A stretch of DNA of 63,509 nucleotides, counting the filler, from Mobula birostris (taxonomy: Eukaryota): assembly GCF_030028105.1 (NCBI RefSeq). It is 3 parts of 3 records of this genome, joined end to end, with 100 filler letters (N's around TTAATTAATTAA, not from the genome) between each part and the next. Parts side by side here need not be neighbours in the genome. Positions count along the whole stretch, not along the records: positions 39,902 to 63,509 come from NW_027277869.1; 2 more parts are not named here. One strand, written 5' to 3'. A program made the translations under genes and the position numbers. The notes beneath the pieces were generated by a model. The model saw only the letters and a program-made list of their open reading frames with translations. It did no database searches and was not told the origin of the DNA. Shown in pieces: positions 50,200 to 61,989 of the stretch (position 1 is its first letter; each line of letters starts with the position of its first letter).

Positions 50200-52040
50200 G
50201 TGCAAGGTCTTCTATGTAGACTCTCTTATCCACTCTTAGAAGCTCTTCACTTTCTTGCTAGCTTCAGTGAATGCCAATTAAAGTTTCACCTTAATTCGTG
50301 TTGACTTTGCATTGAACATTTTCTTCCTAATTTTCCATCTTTCTTCTAAGTCTGTCCATGTTTCCTGCTGTATCCATGCTTTGTTATTTTTTCCAGCGCT
50401 GTAATGTAGACAAGCCTCGCTGCTCTTGTTGAACACTGATGCAATCTGTTTCTACATCGTGTTGATCTTGTCCACTGACACATCCCCGCCAATGTCTGAA
50501 AGCCCTCCTTAAGCTGAATGGTGACGGCAGATCTCACACTGATGTTCTTAAGTTTCTCAACATCAAAACATCTTTGTACATGTGCTGTGGTCCCAGTGCT
50601 TCTCAGCATGAGTTTCATCACTGCTACAGCAAGGTGATGATTACTTCCTGTATCTGCTCCTCTCTTCACCTTTACACCCTGCAAGGATCGTCTCCACATA
50701 CCATTTATCATCAAATGGTCAATCTGGATCTTGTCACATCCATTGGGTAAGCTCCATGTCAGTTTGTTTATTTCATGGTGTGGAAAGAGGGTCTCTCCTG
50801 TGACCAGATTGTTCATGGCACAGAATTCCACCAGACTTAACACCATTGTTATTGATCATCCTATATCCTTGCGTATCCATGGCCCTAATGAAGTGTGAGT
50901 TGTTATTTCCCACTTTGCCATTTAGATCTCCAATGATGATGATTATGTCACGGCGTGGTGTTAACTCTAACTCCACCATTTGTAGAAGATATCCTATTCT
51001 TCAATGTCACTATTGTTATTTGGAGCATAACACTGGATCACAGTCATGTTCACTTGCTTCACTCTCAGCCTGACTCTCACCAGCCGACTGTTGATTGGTT
51101 TTCATTCCACTGGGCACTTCTCAATGCCTTTCTTCAAAATGACAGCTAATCCATCATGACGTTGACCATCTTCCCTTCCTGAATATAAAACTGCTGCACC
51201 AGCTGCTGCCTTTAGTCTGCCAGACCCTGACCATCTGCTTTCACTGATGCCAGTGTACGTTGGCTGTAATGACACATTACCGTAGTTATTTGTGCTAGCT
51301 TGACAGTGTTGTACATGGTTTGACAATTCCAAAAAACATTTTTGGTCTTGGTCTTGGCAAAGTTCATGGCTCCCTTCACCATACCCATAGTTTCCTCTCT
51401 GTTTTCACTCCTGTCAGCCATGCAAGTCCCGGGTGGTGACTAGGGAACACTATCACACTCAGATGTAGAAGGATTCTTCATTGCTGTTTCCGTAATTGCG
51501 ACAAGAGTCTTTGATGAAGATGCTTTGGACCCAAATGCTGGAGTATCCGAAACAAAGATCGAGACACGGTATCAAACTGGATCCAGGTCTGAGCACAAAA
51601 CGAATGCTAGACAATATCACTAGTAGGGTTTACCATTGAGCACTGAACATCAGTTCAGGTGTTCTTTCATACTCAATTCTTGGTGCCCAAAACATGATTA
51701 TCAATTAGCGGGATCATCCTGAACCTTAAAGGGGCTGCTACCGGCTATCTGTGCTCCAGAGAGTTGGAGAGTCTAAATCCTGGAAGCTGGCACAGTTGGG
51801 AGCATCTCGTAACAATTACAATTTTCTTTATAATAAGTCAGGTTCACTAACCCTGACCTGAAACTCCAAACCTGGAGGAACGGTGAACCGTTCTTTGTTC
51901 AGTCTCTATCCTTTAACATGTTTGGCATGGGTGACCCTACCTAGAGTTAAAGCACAAGACCCCGATGTAAGCCAACATAGATCTCTGGTTCACTGAGGCA
52001 CACAAGCCACGATACTCTTTGACAAGATTGTGGTCCTCTT
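50200..52040 (-). mobile_element. RTE-clade LINE 5' part (5' UTR + AP endonuclease), decayed
   Basis: 'GISESRWSGSG', 'IIIIGDLNGKVG', 'TLFPH.EINKLTW..IQIDH..GADTGSNHH'; Expander/Rex3-like 5' UTR near 51900-52010. Confidence 0.8.
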
Positions 52041-52834
52041 GGGGGTAAAAAGAAGCTTCACTATTTTGACTGGTGCCATGGTGGGGTTGTTGTGTCAGGT
52101 GGACATAAAAGGTTTGGAAAGTTCTCCACTATCTGTTCCGACATTGATCCCTCAACCAGTATCACACTGAAACAGGTTAAAAAGATTTTGTGGGGAGAAC
52201 TGCTGAGGGCTTGGCACTGAAATTCATGGTGCCAAGTCCCTGAAAGAGAAAATACCTTATAAGTGTAAATTCCACCCATTTCCACCAGGAATCGCTGTTT
52301 AGCATTGATTCTTGTGGTGTGGGAGCAGTGAGAAGATTGTGTGGTAACTCTTTTTGTTGCTTCATACATTTTCCTGCAAAGACAGTCTCAGCCTATGTCT
52401 CTAAGGAGAATATCTGTCCATTGACTGGTCTCTCAGTCCCTGTCTCCCGGGGGATATCTGTCCACTGACTGGTGTCTCTCATTCTCTCTCGCTGGGATTC
52501 TGTGTGTTTCAGTTTAAACAAACTGTTCATCGCTGAAATTGATGAATCGAACAGAGAGTGACCGATCTTTAATCCGGATCTGGTCACTGCCGCTGACCTG
52601 CCGCCTGTTGCAGAGACAAACATCTTTTGGGGAATTGAAATCGCTGCTGTGGGTGGGGACAGGAAGCTGCGCCTCTGGTTTCAGTGTGTGAGAGCCTGTT
52701 CAAACCGCGGCTCCCTCTCTCACTCACAGCCCACGTCCCTATCTAAACAGCGCTCACTGCGACTCCGGACAAAGCCGGCCTGAGCTGAAGCCGCCGATCT
52801 CAAAGTGTCCAAGTCCGGCTCAGTGTTCAGGGCG

Positions 52835-52880
52835 ATGGGGGTCGTGCCTTATTTCTGTCTTCCCTTGTCTTGTCTGGCAG
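52835..52880 (+). CDS. Ig heavy-chain leader exon
   Basis: [16 protein letters not shown]|GTGGGT, phase 1. Confidence 0.88.
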
Positions 52881-52989
52881 GTGGGTGTCCCGCCGCTTGT
52901 CGCTCAACCGGGACCGGCTGTTTCTCAGAGGCTTTGTGAACCCCTGACCGTGGAACATTTTATTAATTTCTGCTCTTTTTTATTGACAG

Positions 52990-53294
52990 GCGTGCGGTCC
53001 GCCGTCGTGCTGACACAGCCCGAGTCAGCTTGTGGTAAAGCCCGGACATTCTCACAGACTGACTGTGCGGTCAGTGGGTTCAGCCTCGGCAGCTATAGCA
53101 TGGACTGGGTGAGACAGGTCTCCGGGAAAGGGCTGGAGTGGCTGGCAGACATATCGAGTGGTGGTAACAAGTACAACGCGCCTGGAGTCCAGAGCCGGTT
53201 CACTGTTTCCAAGGACAGCAGCACCGTCTATCTGCAAATGAACAACCTGAGACTGGACGACACGGCCACCTATTACTGTGCGAGAGGGTGGGAG
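52990..53294 (+). CDS. Ig VH exon (IgW cluster), apparently with fused D
   Basis: ttgacAG acceptor; [35 protein letters not shown] + 9 extra nt (GWE). Confidence 0.9.
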
Positions 53295-53322
53295 CACGGT
53301 GATGGGGAGCTGAACAGAAATT
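53295..53322 (+). promoter_or_regulatory. Recombination signal sequence, 12-bp spacer
   Basis: CACGGTG + atggggagctga + ACAGAAATT. Confidence 0.65.
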
Positions 53323-53959
53323 GGTCCCGACAAAGGAGTGTCTGCAGCGCAGTCTGTCTCCACGGATTCCGCATTGCTGCTTCCCAGAGTCAAATCCCTG
53401 AAGCCTTACTCGGACTGCTGGGCGCAAATGCCCATTTCTGGACAATTAAAAGCCCAAAAGGATTTGACTCTGATTCTGGGGGATGGCGGGAGCCGGTGTC
53501 CGCAGACAGGGAAATTGTGAAAATGCCTTTACTCACACGCCAACAAGAGACAAGGACAGAGTTTGGGATGGAAATCCTGGAAGCGGCTGCTCCCGGTCCG
53601 GACAGGGATCATGTTGATATTTAGAGAAAGTACATGAATCTCCCCGAACCGGCGGGTTTCTCTAGAGCACAGTAACAGTACAAGGGTACACACCCCACCC
53701 ACCAGTGCACTGTCCACAGACCGGGAACAGGCTCAGGGGAATGGGGTCGGATCTTGTCACCAGACTGTGCCTTGACACCGGCCGATTGTGCTGAGTGAGC
53801 TCAGTGTTTGGTTCAAGTCTGGCTTCTGATCCTCAGCACCGACTGAAGCCACGTTCAGGGGCTGAGCGTTTCAGTGCAGTTGAACTTGTTCCCTGTCAGT
53901 GACAACAATGGATCTGTTCGGTGTCAAATTACTGGGATTGGGTTTTACTGTCGGCTGCT

Positions 53960-54480
53960 TTCATGTTGAAGGTAATGGGATTCAGACATAATCTGAGGGA
54001 ACGGTGTACACATGTATGATCTGGTTGATGTCTCAATATCCCCAGGGTACAGGTGGGTGTCAGTCCCATCATGTAATGTCCGGCATGAGGTCCGTCCTGG
54101 GATACAGCAAAAGTATCGGCGATATCCCAGGATTAATTGATGGAATTGAGGTTTTAGTTTTATTCCCTGATGGGCGAGGAGGTGGGGTACTGTGGGGAAG
54201 ATTTTTGGAGTTGGGAAGGCAGTGGGGAAGTGGTGCAGGAAAGGTAAGGCGGGGAACTGAAATCTCAATTCCTTCACACGTTCCGGGCAGCCTTGCATTG
54301 TTGGGTGGGGGAGTGGGGAGTGGTGCAGGTGGGGTGGGGAGGGAAGCGTTCAATTCAATAATGTGTAATAGGGGAGCATTTAAGGGAAGGTTTGTTGATG
54401 AAGGTTTGTGATCTGGGACACACTGCCTGAATGATGGTGATGGCCAATAGTGAGTGTGGAGAGGGAACAGGATGAGATCC
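53960..54480 (-). mobile_element. Probable Penelope-like remnant
   Basis: Degenerate similarity to PLE RT C-terminal region, from recalled motif only. Confidence 0.4.
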
Positions 54481-55777
54481 GCCTTTTGTAGGGATACAGG
54501 GAAGAGCAGAGAGACCAATGGGTCTATTGGGTTTGCTCAGCTAAATGAAGCACAGAAACAATAGGATGAACGGCCTCACTCTCTGCTCTATCATTCAATG
54601 GAATCAGTATTTATCTTGTAAATCTGGGAAATTCTTCCTCAAAGGGATTCCAACAAGCACCCCAGAGTGCACAGAGCATGAGTTAAATGCAGATCACAGC
54701 TCCCATGTCCTGTCCTGGCAGCCACGGATTAGATACAAAGATCCTTCTGCACTGTCCCATCCCTCCCAGGACAGGGGCAGCAGAGATTAGACACAGAGTG
54801 AAGCTTCCCCCAACCTGTCCCATCACACACTCACGGGACACGAGTTGAACTTTACTGTTCAAATGAACTGTTTATTCTTAGTTCACAGACAGAGCAACTC
54901 ATCTAATTTCTTGTCCTCCTCCATCCCCCGACTGGGTTTGTTTAACAAGTGTTTTCCTACGTTAACCAGTGTTGCTGGTGATTCAGTAAAAGTGGTTGTG
55001 AGATAAAGTGCTGACATTTACAGAGCACCTTTCATGGTGCCCCCGAGGTCTTCACAGGCAATGAAGTTGTTTCAAAGTACAGCCCTGTTGTAGAGTCGGG
55101 AATGTGGAGCCACTCTGCATACAGCAGAATCCACAAACTGCAAGGCGAGAACGATCAGACAGTCTGTTCTGGTGATGTTATTGAAGGAGAAATATTGTCC
55201 AGGACACCGTGGACACAGTGATCCAATGGACAGGCACAAGGTTGGATTTGGAGTGATTGGAAACAGGACAGTACATCAAAGCAAATGAGTAGTGCAGAGG
55301 GATGGATGAACAGTCCACGGATACCACCATAACAAAATTGACAAATTTATACTCAGTTCATAATACAGATTTGGATCTGTGGTCGGATTTCCAAGATTTT
55401 AATAATTGGTATTGTTTTTAAATCCAATCATTGGTAATGATGACCCTTCAGTTTTACTGATGTCCCTCAGGGAAGGAGATCTGTCATCCTGACCCTTCGA
55501 GCCTATTTATGACTCCTGATCCATCAATGTGTTTGTCTCCAAATGCCCTCTGAATAGCAGCTCAGATGCGTAATTCATTCAGACTTTACCGGCAAAGCCC
55601 AGATCCCAAAGGATGAATAAATAAAACTGCCCACCTTTCGTTCATACTACCCGATATTCTATCCACTTAGTACAATACAGACTAAAATCAGACTGAGTCT
55701 CCCCCAATCTGCTGATTCTGGGCAATCATTTCGTACAAATTCCCAAGTGTTATTTCATTGCAAATTTCTTCTGAGCT

Positions 55778-56078
55778 GATCCACCCAGATCCAGTTCCCC
55801 TCTTCACCCCAGCACCCTGTGATCCACCCAGATCCAGTTCTCCTCTTCACCCCAGCACCCTGTGACCCATCCAGATCCAGTTCCCCTCTTCACCCCAGTA
55901 CCCTGTGATCCACCCAGATCCAGTTCCCCTCTTCACCCCAGCACCCTGTGACACACCCAGATCCAGTTCCCCTCTTCACCCCAGCACCCTGTGACCCACT
56001 CAGATCCAGTTCCCCTCTTCACCCCCGCACCCTGTGACCCACCCAGATCCAGTTCCTCTCTTCACCCCAGCACCCTGC
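55778..56078. repeat. 43-bp tandem repeat, about 7 copies
   Basis: Unit gatccacccagatccagttcccctcttcaccccagcaccctgt; period 43. Confidence 0.93.
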
Positions 56079-59000
56079 AGTCAGTTCGTTGGGTGTTTTT
56101 ACAAAGACCCAGAGGAACACTGATCCAGACAGAACTGTACTTACCACCTGCTGGTCCCGGGATGTAAAAGATCCTCAGCTGCAAATCTCACCGACTGACA
56201 TTATTGTGCCTCCTGCACTGCCGACACTGAGCAGCTCAGGGACCATCTGTGGGTGAGAAGCAGAGTGAATGTTTCACATCAGTGACCTTTCACCAGACTC
56301 CGTCAGTCTGATTTCTGGCAACTACGCTGTTTCCAGTGTTATTTTACAGAATTTATTTTCAAGAAAACAATCTGTTTTTCATTGACTTCTACAACCCCAG
56401 AACATCCCAGAGCCTTTTCCAACCCAGCAAGTACTTCTGCAGTGTGTCACTTCATGTGGGGGACTAAACCTCCAACTTGTCTGCATCTTGTTCCCACAAA
56501 CTGAACTACGACATGACAATCTCGTCCGTTTGGGTGATGTTGGAAGGGAATGGTCACTTTCAGCCTACAATTCCTAAAGCTCCCCACCACTGAGAAGTCC
56601 TCAGCTGAATTCTGACTATGCAGTAGATGAATAGACAAACACTAGTTAGTTATAGGCCATCCATATGGTCCCTAGTCTTTGGTCCAGCAATTCCCCTGCT
56701 GTCAGGGGTTGACACTGATAAAGAGCAGTAAGGCTCCTCAGACTACAGCTGACCAGCCCTTTCCTGAGGTACTGTCTACCTGGGAAGCTGAGGATAGTGT
56801 GGGTGAAATGGTGCTGGTTGTGCCTGGCAGTCTGAAGGAGACAACTAGTGTTCAGTCACTTACACTGGAGTCAATCTCACAGTTCCACAGACCACTGTAA
56901 CCCAGGATTTACTGAGTGACATATGCCTCCAGAGCAGTGACCACACACTACCACATGGCACCAGGTCCTGCTGGAATTCCCAGGGTAACACTGGGAAATC
57001 CACCTCCACGTTTCCCTCACAGGCCGGACCTGACAAAGGATCACATTTTCCATTCATCTGACTGGGGATTCTGGGCCTTGGGAAGGGATTTATCCAGGAA
57101 TGATTTCTGTCTGATTATTATGTTTTAATGCATTTCAGATTTATTATTTTAAACAAAATATGCAAAGTTAATTGTTGCCACAGGAATTTACATTAACTTT
57201 AATGTTTCCAAGTCATTTTGAACCTGTTAAATTACATGACAGCATTAACACAAGACAAAGCCCTCCCATCAGGGTGTTCTGGACCCAGAGTCCCAGCAGG
57301 GTGTTGTCTGAGGCTATTTAATGCTGAGGCCCTGATACACCTCAACACAAGCCGCCAGCATCCAGAAACCCAGTGAGGTCCCACCTTTCCCAGTGTTAGG
57401 AGTGTGGGGAGAGTCCCAGTAGGTTTGAACCAGCACCATTCAGCCCGGTCTGTGTGGACATGGTCCGGCTGGCACCGTGCCCTGTGCTTTCTCTCCTGTG
57501 ACACTTCAATCACAGCACAGGTCAGCTTGTCCCACTGTTTGACAGAAGTTGTGTCCCCGATGGGGAGTCTGACGTCAGCATTTCACTGGTTGTTTCAGGC
57601 CCAGTCTGAAAGGAATGAGAAAGGGACCATTTCTCTGCTCTGCCTGTCCTGTCAACCTGAATCACCTGTGTTTACTCAGGAAGGCAAATATTCTGAGTTC
57701 ACAGTCCCCAGTGTCACCTTGAAATGGTTCAAAACAATGCAGCTGTCATTACTGACCAGTTACATTATATCGATTCCTATCTACTTGAGATAGTTATTGA
57801 TTTATATTCATTCTATTTGAAACCCAGGTTTCAATATTTTATGCCTTTTGTCCCAGAGTGATGACTGTGAAGTGAATATTTCATTATTTTGCCCCTGAAT
57901 GAAATTGTGACCTTCCCACCACTGCACTTCCACTCCAAATGTTGAATTTGCTGCCCTTCCAATAGCAGAATCAATCTGAAGCCTGTGTGTGTCTGTTGAC
58001 CATCTTACTGTTGGGCAACAAAGCCCTCATCTACTGCAATTCACACTGTCTAACACATACCCTCCCGCTAGTCTCCTACTCCCAGAGCTCCTGCTGTGTC
58101 CACACAGTCTTTTTGGGTGATTTTAACCTCATCCACCAGCAACAATCTGTCATTGACAGTGTCAATCATGAGGTGAATGATGTCACGTCAGTGGGTCAGA
58201 ACAAACCCCGTCCACAACACTGTTCAAGGTAATTCTGACAACTGGTCAAACCACATATCCACCTGTCAAAGCTGTCAATTGGTCAATTAGCTAATTGATC
58301 TTCGCACCTTTACCTACCTTAGTAAGTCAACACGTCTCCTTTTCCTGTGAAATGAATTAAGAAACAGTGCTTTCAAGTGTATTTCACACCTTAAGTGGTT
58401 GGGAATTGCTACAACCTGCATTTCCTCTCTGGGCTGGTCGTTCAGTGAGAATATCACCTACATCTAACAACACTTTGAGAATTCTCCATCTCCCCAGGAA
58501 TCTCATCGTCACTGTCGGTTGTGTTGGCCGACACTTCTCCACAGAGTCTGGGCTAATGTATTTCCACAGTTCCTCTGTCCTTTCTGATGCAAGTTACCAT
58601 TCCCTCCCAGTTAGCCAGTAGTTTCCACAGACTCAGTGGGGTTGGAATTCTTGCTCAGTCACACACGGTAAATATGTGAGGCAGTGTCAGCTGCATCATG
58701 TAGTCTGTTGAGTTGAATTTCAGAAGCAGAGTCCATTTCCCAACCTCCACTATACTGCACACATGGTGCTGGAGACTGGGTACCACTATATCCACACCAA
58801 TCACTCCTCTCATCAACAGCAACACTGAACACATCAGAATTATTCCATAAGATACTTCTAAATCTTACTTTTTTTGTAAACTTCATTGATCAAGTGCTAA
58901 CAGACTTCTCAGAATCAGGAATTGTATTTGGAGGAGAGACAGATTGTCACTTTGGTATTTTGGCTGAAATTCCACCAATCGGACATTGGGTCACTGCCTC

Positions 59001-59229
59001 AGTCCTGCACTGAAGTGTTGGCCTGGATTGTGAGTCCAAGTTGCCACTGTGGGATTGATCCACACCCTCCTACCTCAGCGACACAGACTCACAGCTGAGT
59101 GTTAAAGTGATATCAGCTTTGTTTCATGAGGTGAATAATTTTGAAAATTACTGCTTTATAAAACGTCTCCTTTCTCTGCCAGTAATGCATTTATTCAGAG
59201 AACCGCCTGTGAATTTCTTTCCATTTCAG

Positions 59230-59811
59230 AGGTCAAGTCTGCACCATCAGTCTACATCACTCCTTCCTGCAACACAGAATCTGACCAAGGCATCAGCCTC
59301 CTCTGTCTGGTCAAGGACTATCAGCCTGAGAGCATCAGTCAGACATGGTCCACTAACAGTGGGGACATCACCACTGGAATTAAGAAATTCCAGGCCGGCT
59401 GGTGGCGCAGTGAGATCAGCACCAGATTCTGGAGCGAATGTTCCCGAGTTCAAATCCTGGTTAGGCCACTCCCTAGCACGCTTTCCCCACTCCCGAGCAC
59501 ACTGTCCATCCGTGCCCGGTTGAGTGTCGAGATAGCCACTTGGCCTCGTAAGAAATATATAAGGGTCAAGTCAGGAACGTTCATAACATGACCCGGTTAA
59601 TCCTGACACCACGTGCCAGACAAGAATGGCTGAACGTCTGGTATGACATGCTAAAAAAAAAATAAGAAATACCCGGCGGTGTTGGGGCAAAATTCTAAGT
59701 ACATAATGAGCAGCTTGCTTGAAGTCTCTGCGGCGGACTAGAAGAAGAATAAAGTCTACTCCTGCAAGGCAGGGAGTGTGACATCGCAGTGGCAGAAACC
59801 TCAACCTCAAT
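59230..59811 (+). pseudogene. IgW CH1 exon disrupted by SINE insertion and nonsense codon
   Basis: APSVYITPSC..LLCLVKDYQPESISQTW..GIKK[SINE]YPAVLGQNSKYIMSSLL..AD*KK..YSCKAG; TAG 59739-41. Confidence 0.88.
59389..59662 (+). mobile_element. tRNA-derived SINE (274 bp) with poly(A) and 8-bp TSD
   Basis: Box A TGGCGCAGTG, box B GAGTTCAAATCC; TSD taagaaat 59381-88 and 59663-70. Confidence 0.9.
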
Positions 59812-60673
59812 GTTAGTATCAGAACTAATTTATATCGAAAGCTGCACTGATGTCAGAGCATAAATCTGGAGTAGGAAGCTTTGTCAGATAATGCAGGAGC
59901 ATGGCAACTAACTCCTTTCTTCTGCTCTTACAACAGCAGTGAGAAAATGTATAACAGTCAATATGGGCAGTGAAACTCAGTATCAGGATCTGCCTCCATT
60001 GTATCCGCTCCACTGTCTAATTTCAGGAGCCTCTCCACCACCCCCTCCCACTAAACCCTCCCTACAGATCAGCTCCTGTACACATACAGAGACCGCTGGC
60101 CCATCGTGCCCCTGCACACAGAACAACAATTTAAACTTTACCCCACTCCTCCGCACTTTCCCCCTCCACCCTGCAGCTGCCCTTCTTCTGGTAAAAGCAA
60201 TCTCTTGTGAATGTGATGGGGGAATCCACTCCACTGCCCTTCTTTAACCAGCTTCTCACAGATCTGAACAAGCCTTTGCAGTAACAAAAAAAAAAATTTC
60301 CTCCTGTCCATCTGTTCTTCTTTCTCATTGAAAGTAAAATTGTGTTTCCCAAACTTGCCAGTGGAAACAGTCCCACACCATGTACTCCTGCTCACAGGAG
60401 CTGGTATCAGTCATTCTCCAGTAAACAATTAGATATGGCAGGTCTGCACCTCAACCCCATGACCCACCTCTCCGCATTATCATAGCACAGTGGGACACAC
60501 TGCTGGGAGGCCCAAGTTATACACCCAGCCCTCCCACTCACTGGTGTGAGCCATCAGATCATCAGATCAGCTGTAAATTAACAACATTCTTGAGAGGGCT
60601 GGAATTGGGGAACTTGCCTGGGATGAGGGAGAATGAAGTCAAAAACATGGGCAAAGCAATCATGTACTGACAG

Positions 60674-61045
60674 ATATTAAATGTGTTACAGCTCCGACGC
60701 TCAGCCCCCCTGTTACAACTCCGAAGCGCAACTCCCCTGTTACAGCTCCGAAGCTCAGCTCCCTTGTTCCATCCCGGGAGGCAATCCACGGGCAAGCAAA
60801 TGTTGTCCTGGGCTGTGTGATATCTGGATTCGCTCCTGACAACGTTAAAGTATCCTGGAAAAAAGCTGGATCTGCCCAAAAAGGCATCATTCTCCCTTCC
60901 ACTCCGAGATCTGATGGTGGATTTGAAACAATCGCTTACCTGACAGTGCCTGTGCAGGAATGGACCAAGAAACAGAAATATATTTGTGAAGTGAATCACG
61001 CACCTTCCAGTTTCAGTGGTCAGGTCAACATGACGTATCAAGAGG
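60674..61045 (+). CDS. IgW CH2 exon (C1-set); acceptor ambiguous (60674, 60692 or 60746, all in frame)
   Basis: LGCVISGFAPDNVKVSWKK..GGFETIAYL..YICEVNHAPSSFSGQVNMTYQE G|GTGAGT. Confidence 0.9.
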
Positions 61046-61728
61046 GTGAGTGATGTCTGAAGAAAAATTAATTATCTTACAATACTAAACTACTTAACTG
61101 ATACTCCCACCCAATTCCTGTCCCTACTGTCGATCTTGTTGAGTGATGTACAGATGAGTCTTGCACTTTGAATCAACTCATATCACCAGCAGCTTTAACC
61201 CCATCTACTGGGCAGGAAAGGTGTAAGATCAGGTCACCTGTCCATTCCGTCTCAATAATTTTAGTTGTCTATGTTTGTAGTTATAATGAAAATAATTTAG
61301 TGAGCAAAGCTCACGTCCCATGTTTTACCTTCTAGAGAAAATCTCCCTGTTCCCTTTTCACTGTCTTCTCAGTGTTAGTTCCTCAAAAAAATATCTCTGC
61401 AATTTTGCATTTGTTTCAGTCTCCAGAGTCTATTTCCAGTGTTTCCTGAGAGACTCTTCTGTCGATTGTCCACTCACTGAAATGTAGGTGGCGGGATTAA
61501 TTTTGAATTGATGCCCAATCCTCAAGTGAATGTTGTGACCTTGTGTCCTCAGATCCTTGACCAGGTTCAGAGAGCACATTCATTTATCATGGCTGACAAA
61601 ACCTCATCCTGATAGGATGTGACATACAAAGGATACAGAGTGGGAATATGTGGGGCTCCCTTTTTTCCAAGCATGGGAAAAAAGGTAAAAATATCTAACA
61701 CTTAAATCTATGAATCTTCCATTTCCAG

Positions 61729-61859
61729 GTGGAAAATGTCCCAGCTGTTTTTCGGAGCCTGTGCCAAAGTTCTTTTACCAGAGTAATCTCAATGCAACAT
61801 TCTCCGATGGTTCTACCCAACAGTATCATTGTTCAGCAGGAAAGTGTGAAATAAAGTGA
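61729..61859 (+). CDS. IgW short-form Cys-rich secretory tail exon
   Basis: ttccatttccAG|GGKCPSCFSEPVPKFFYQSNLNATFSDGSTQQYHCSAGKCEIK*, matches recalled IgW/IgX tail; AATAAA 61962-67. Confidence 0.88.
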
Positions 61860-61989
61860 TTGGCTGTGTATACAATTCATCAATGAATTTTATTGCTATC
61901 CACTTACTGGATTCTAGACCTGCCTCTGGTATCCATTGGGATTGAAGTTTAACAGAGAGAGAATAAAACACGATTGAAACTGACTACCT

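Noticed and set aside
51895-52010. HDV-like ribozyme in the RTE 5' UTR
   Set aside because: A P2-like pairing and a GCCAAA segment are visible, but I could not build P1/P3/P1.1 by eye; needs a covariance-model search
53460-53510. J-like 'tttgac..tgggg..gcag' segment
   Set aside because: No WGxG in frame, no upstream RSS, no GT donor
53294-53624. 247-aa ORF extension beyond the V region
   Set aside because: Read-through of RSS and intergenic DNA with no recognisable domain
57570-57577. CRE site TGACGTCA as an intronic enhancer
   Set aside because: A single 8-mer is expected by chance; no supporting motif cluster established
59024-59100. CACTGTG possibly flanking a D segment
   Set aside because: Nonamer and spacer match poorly, and the position just before CH1 is wrong for a D
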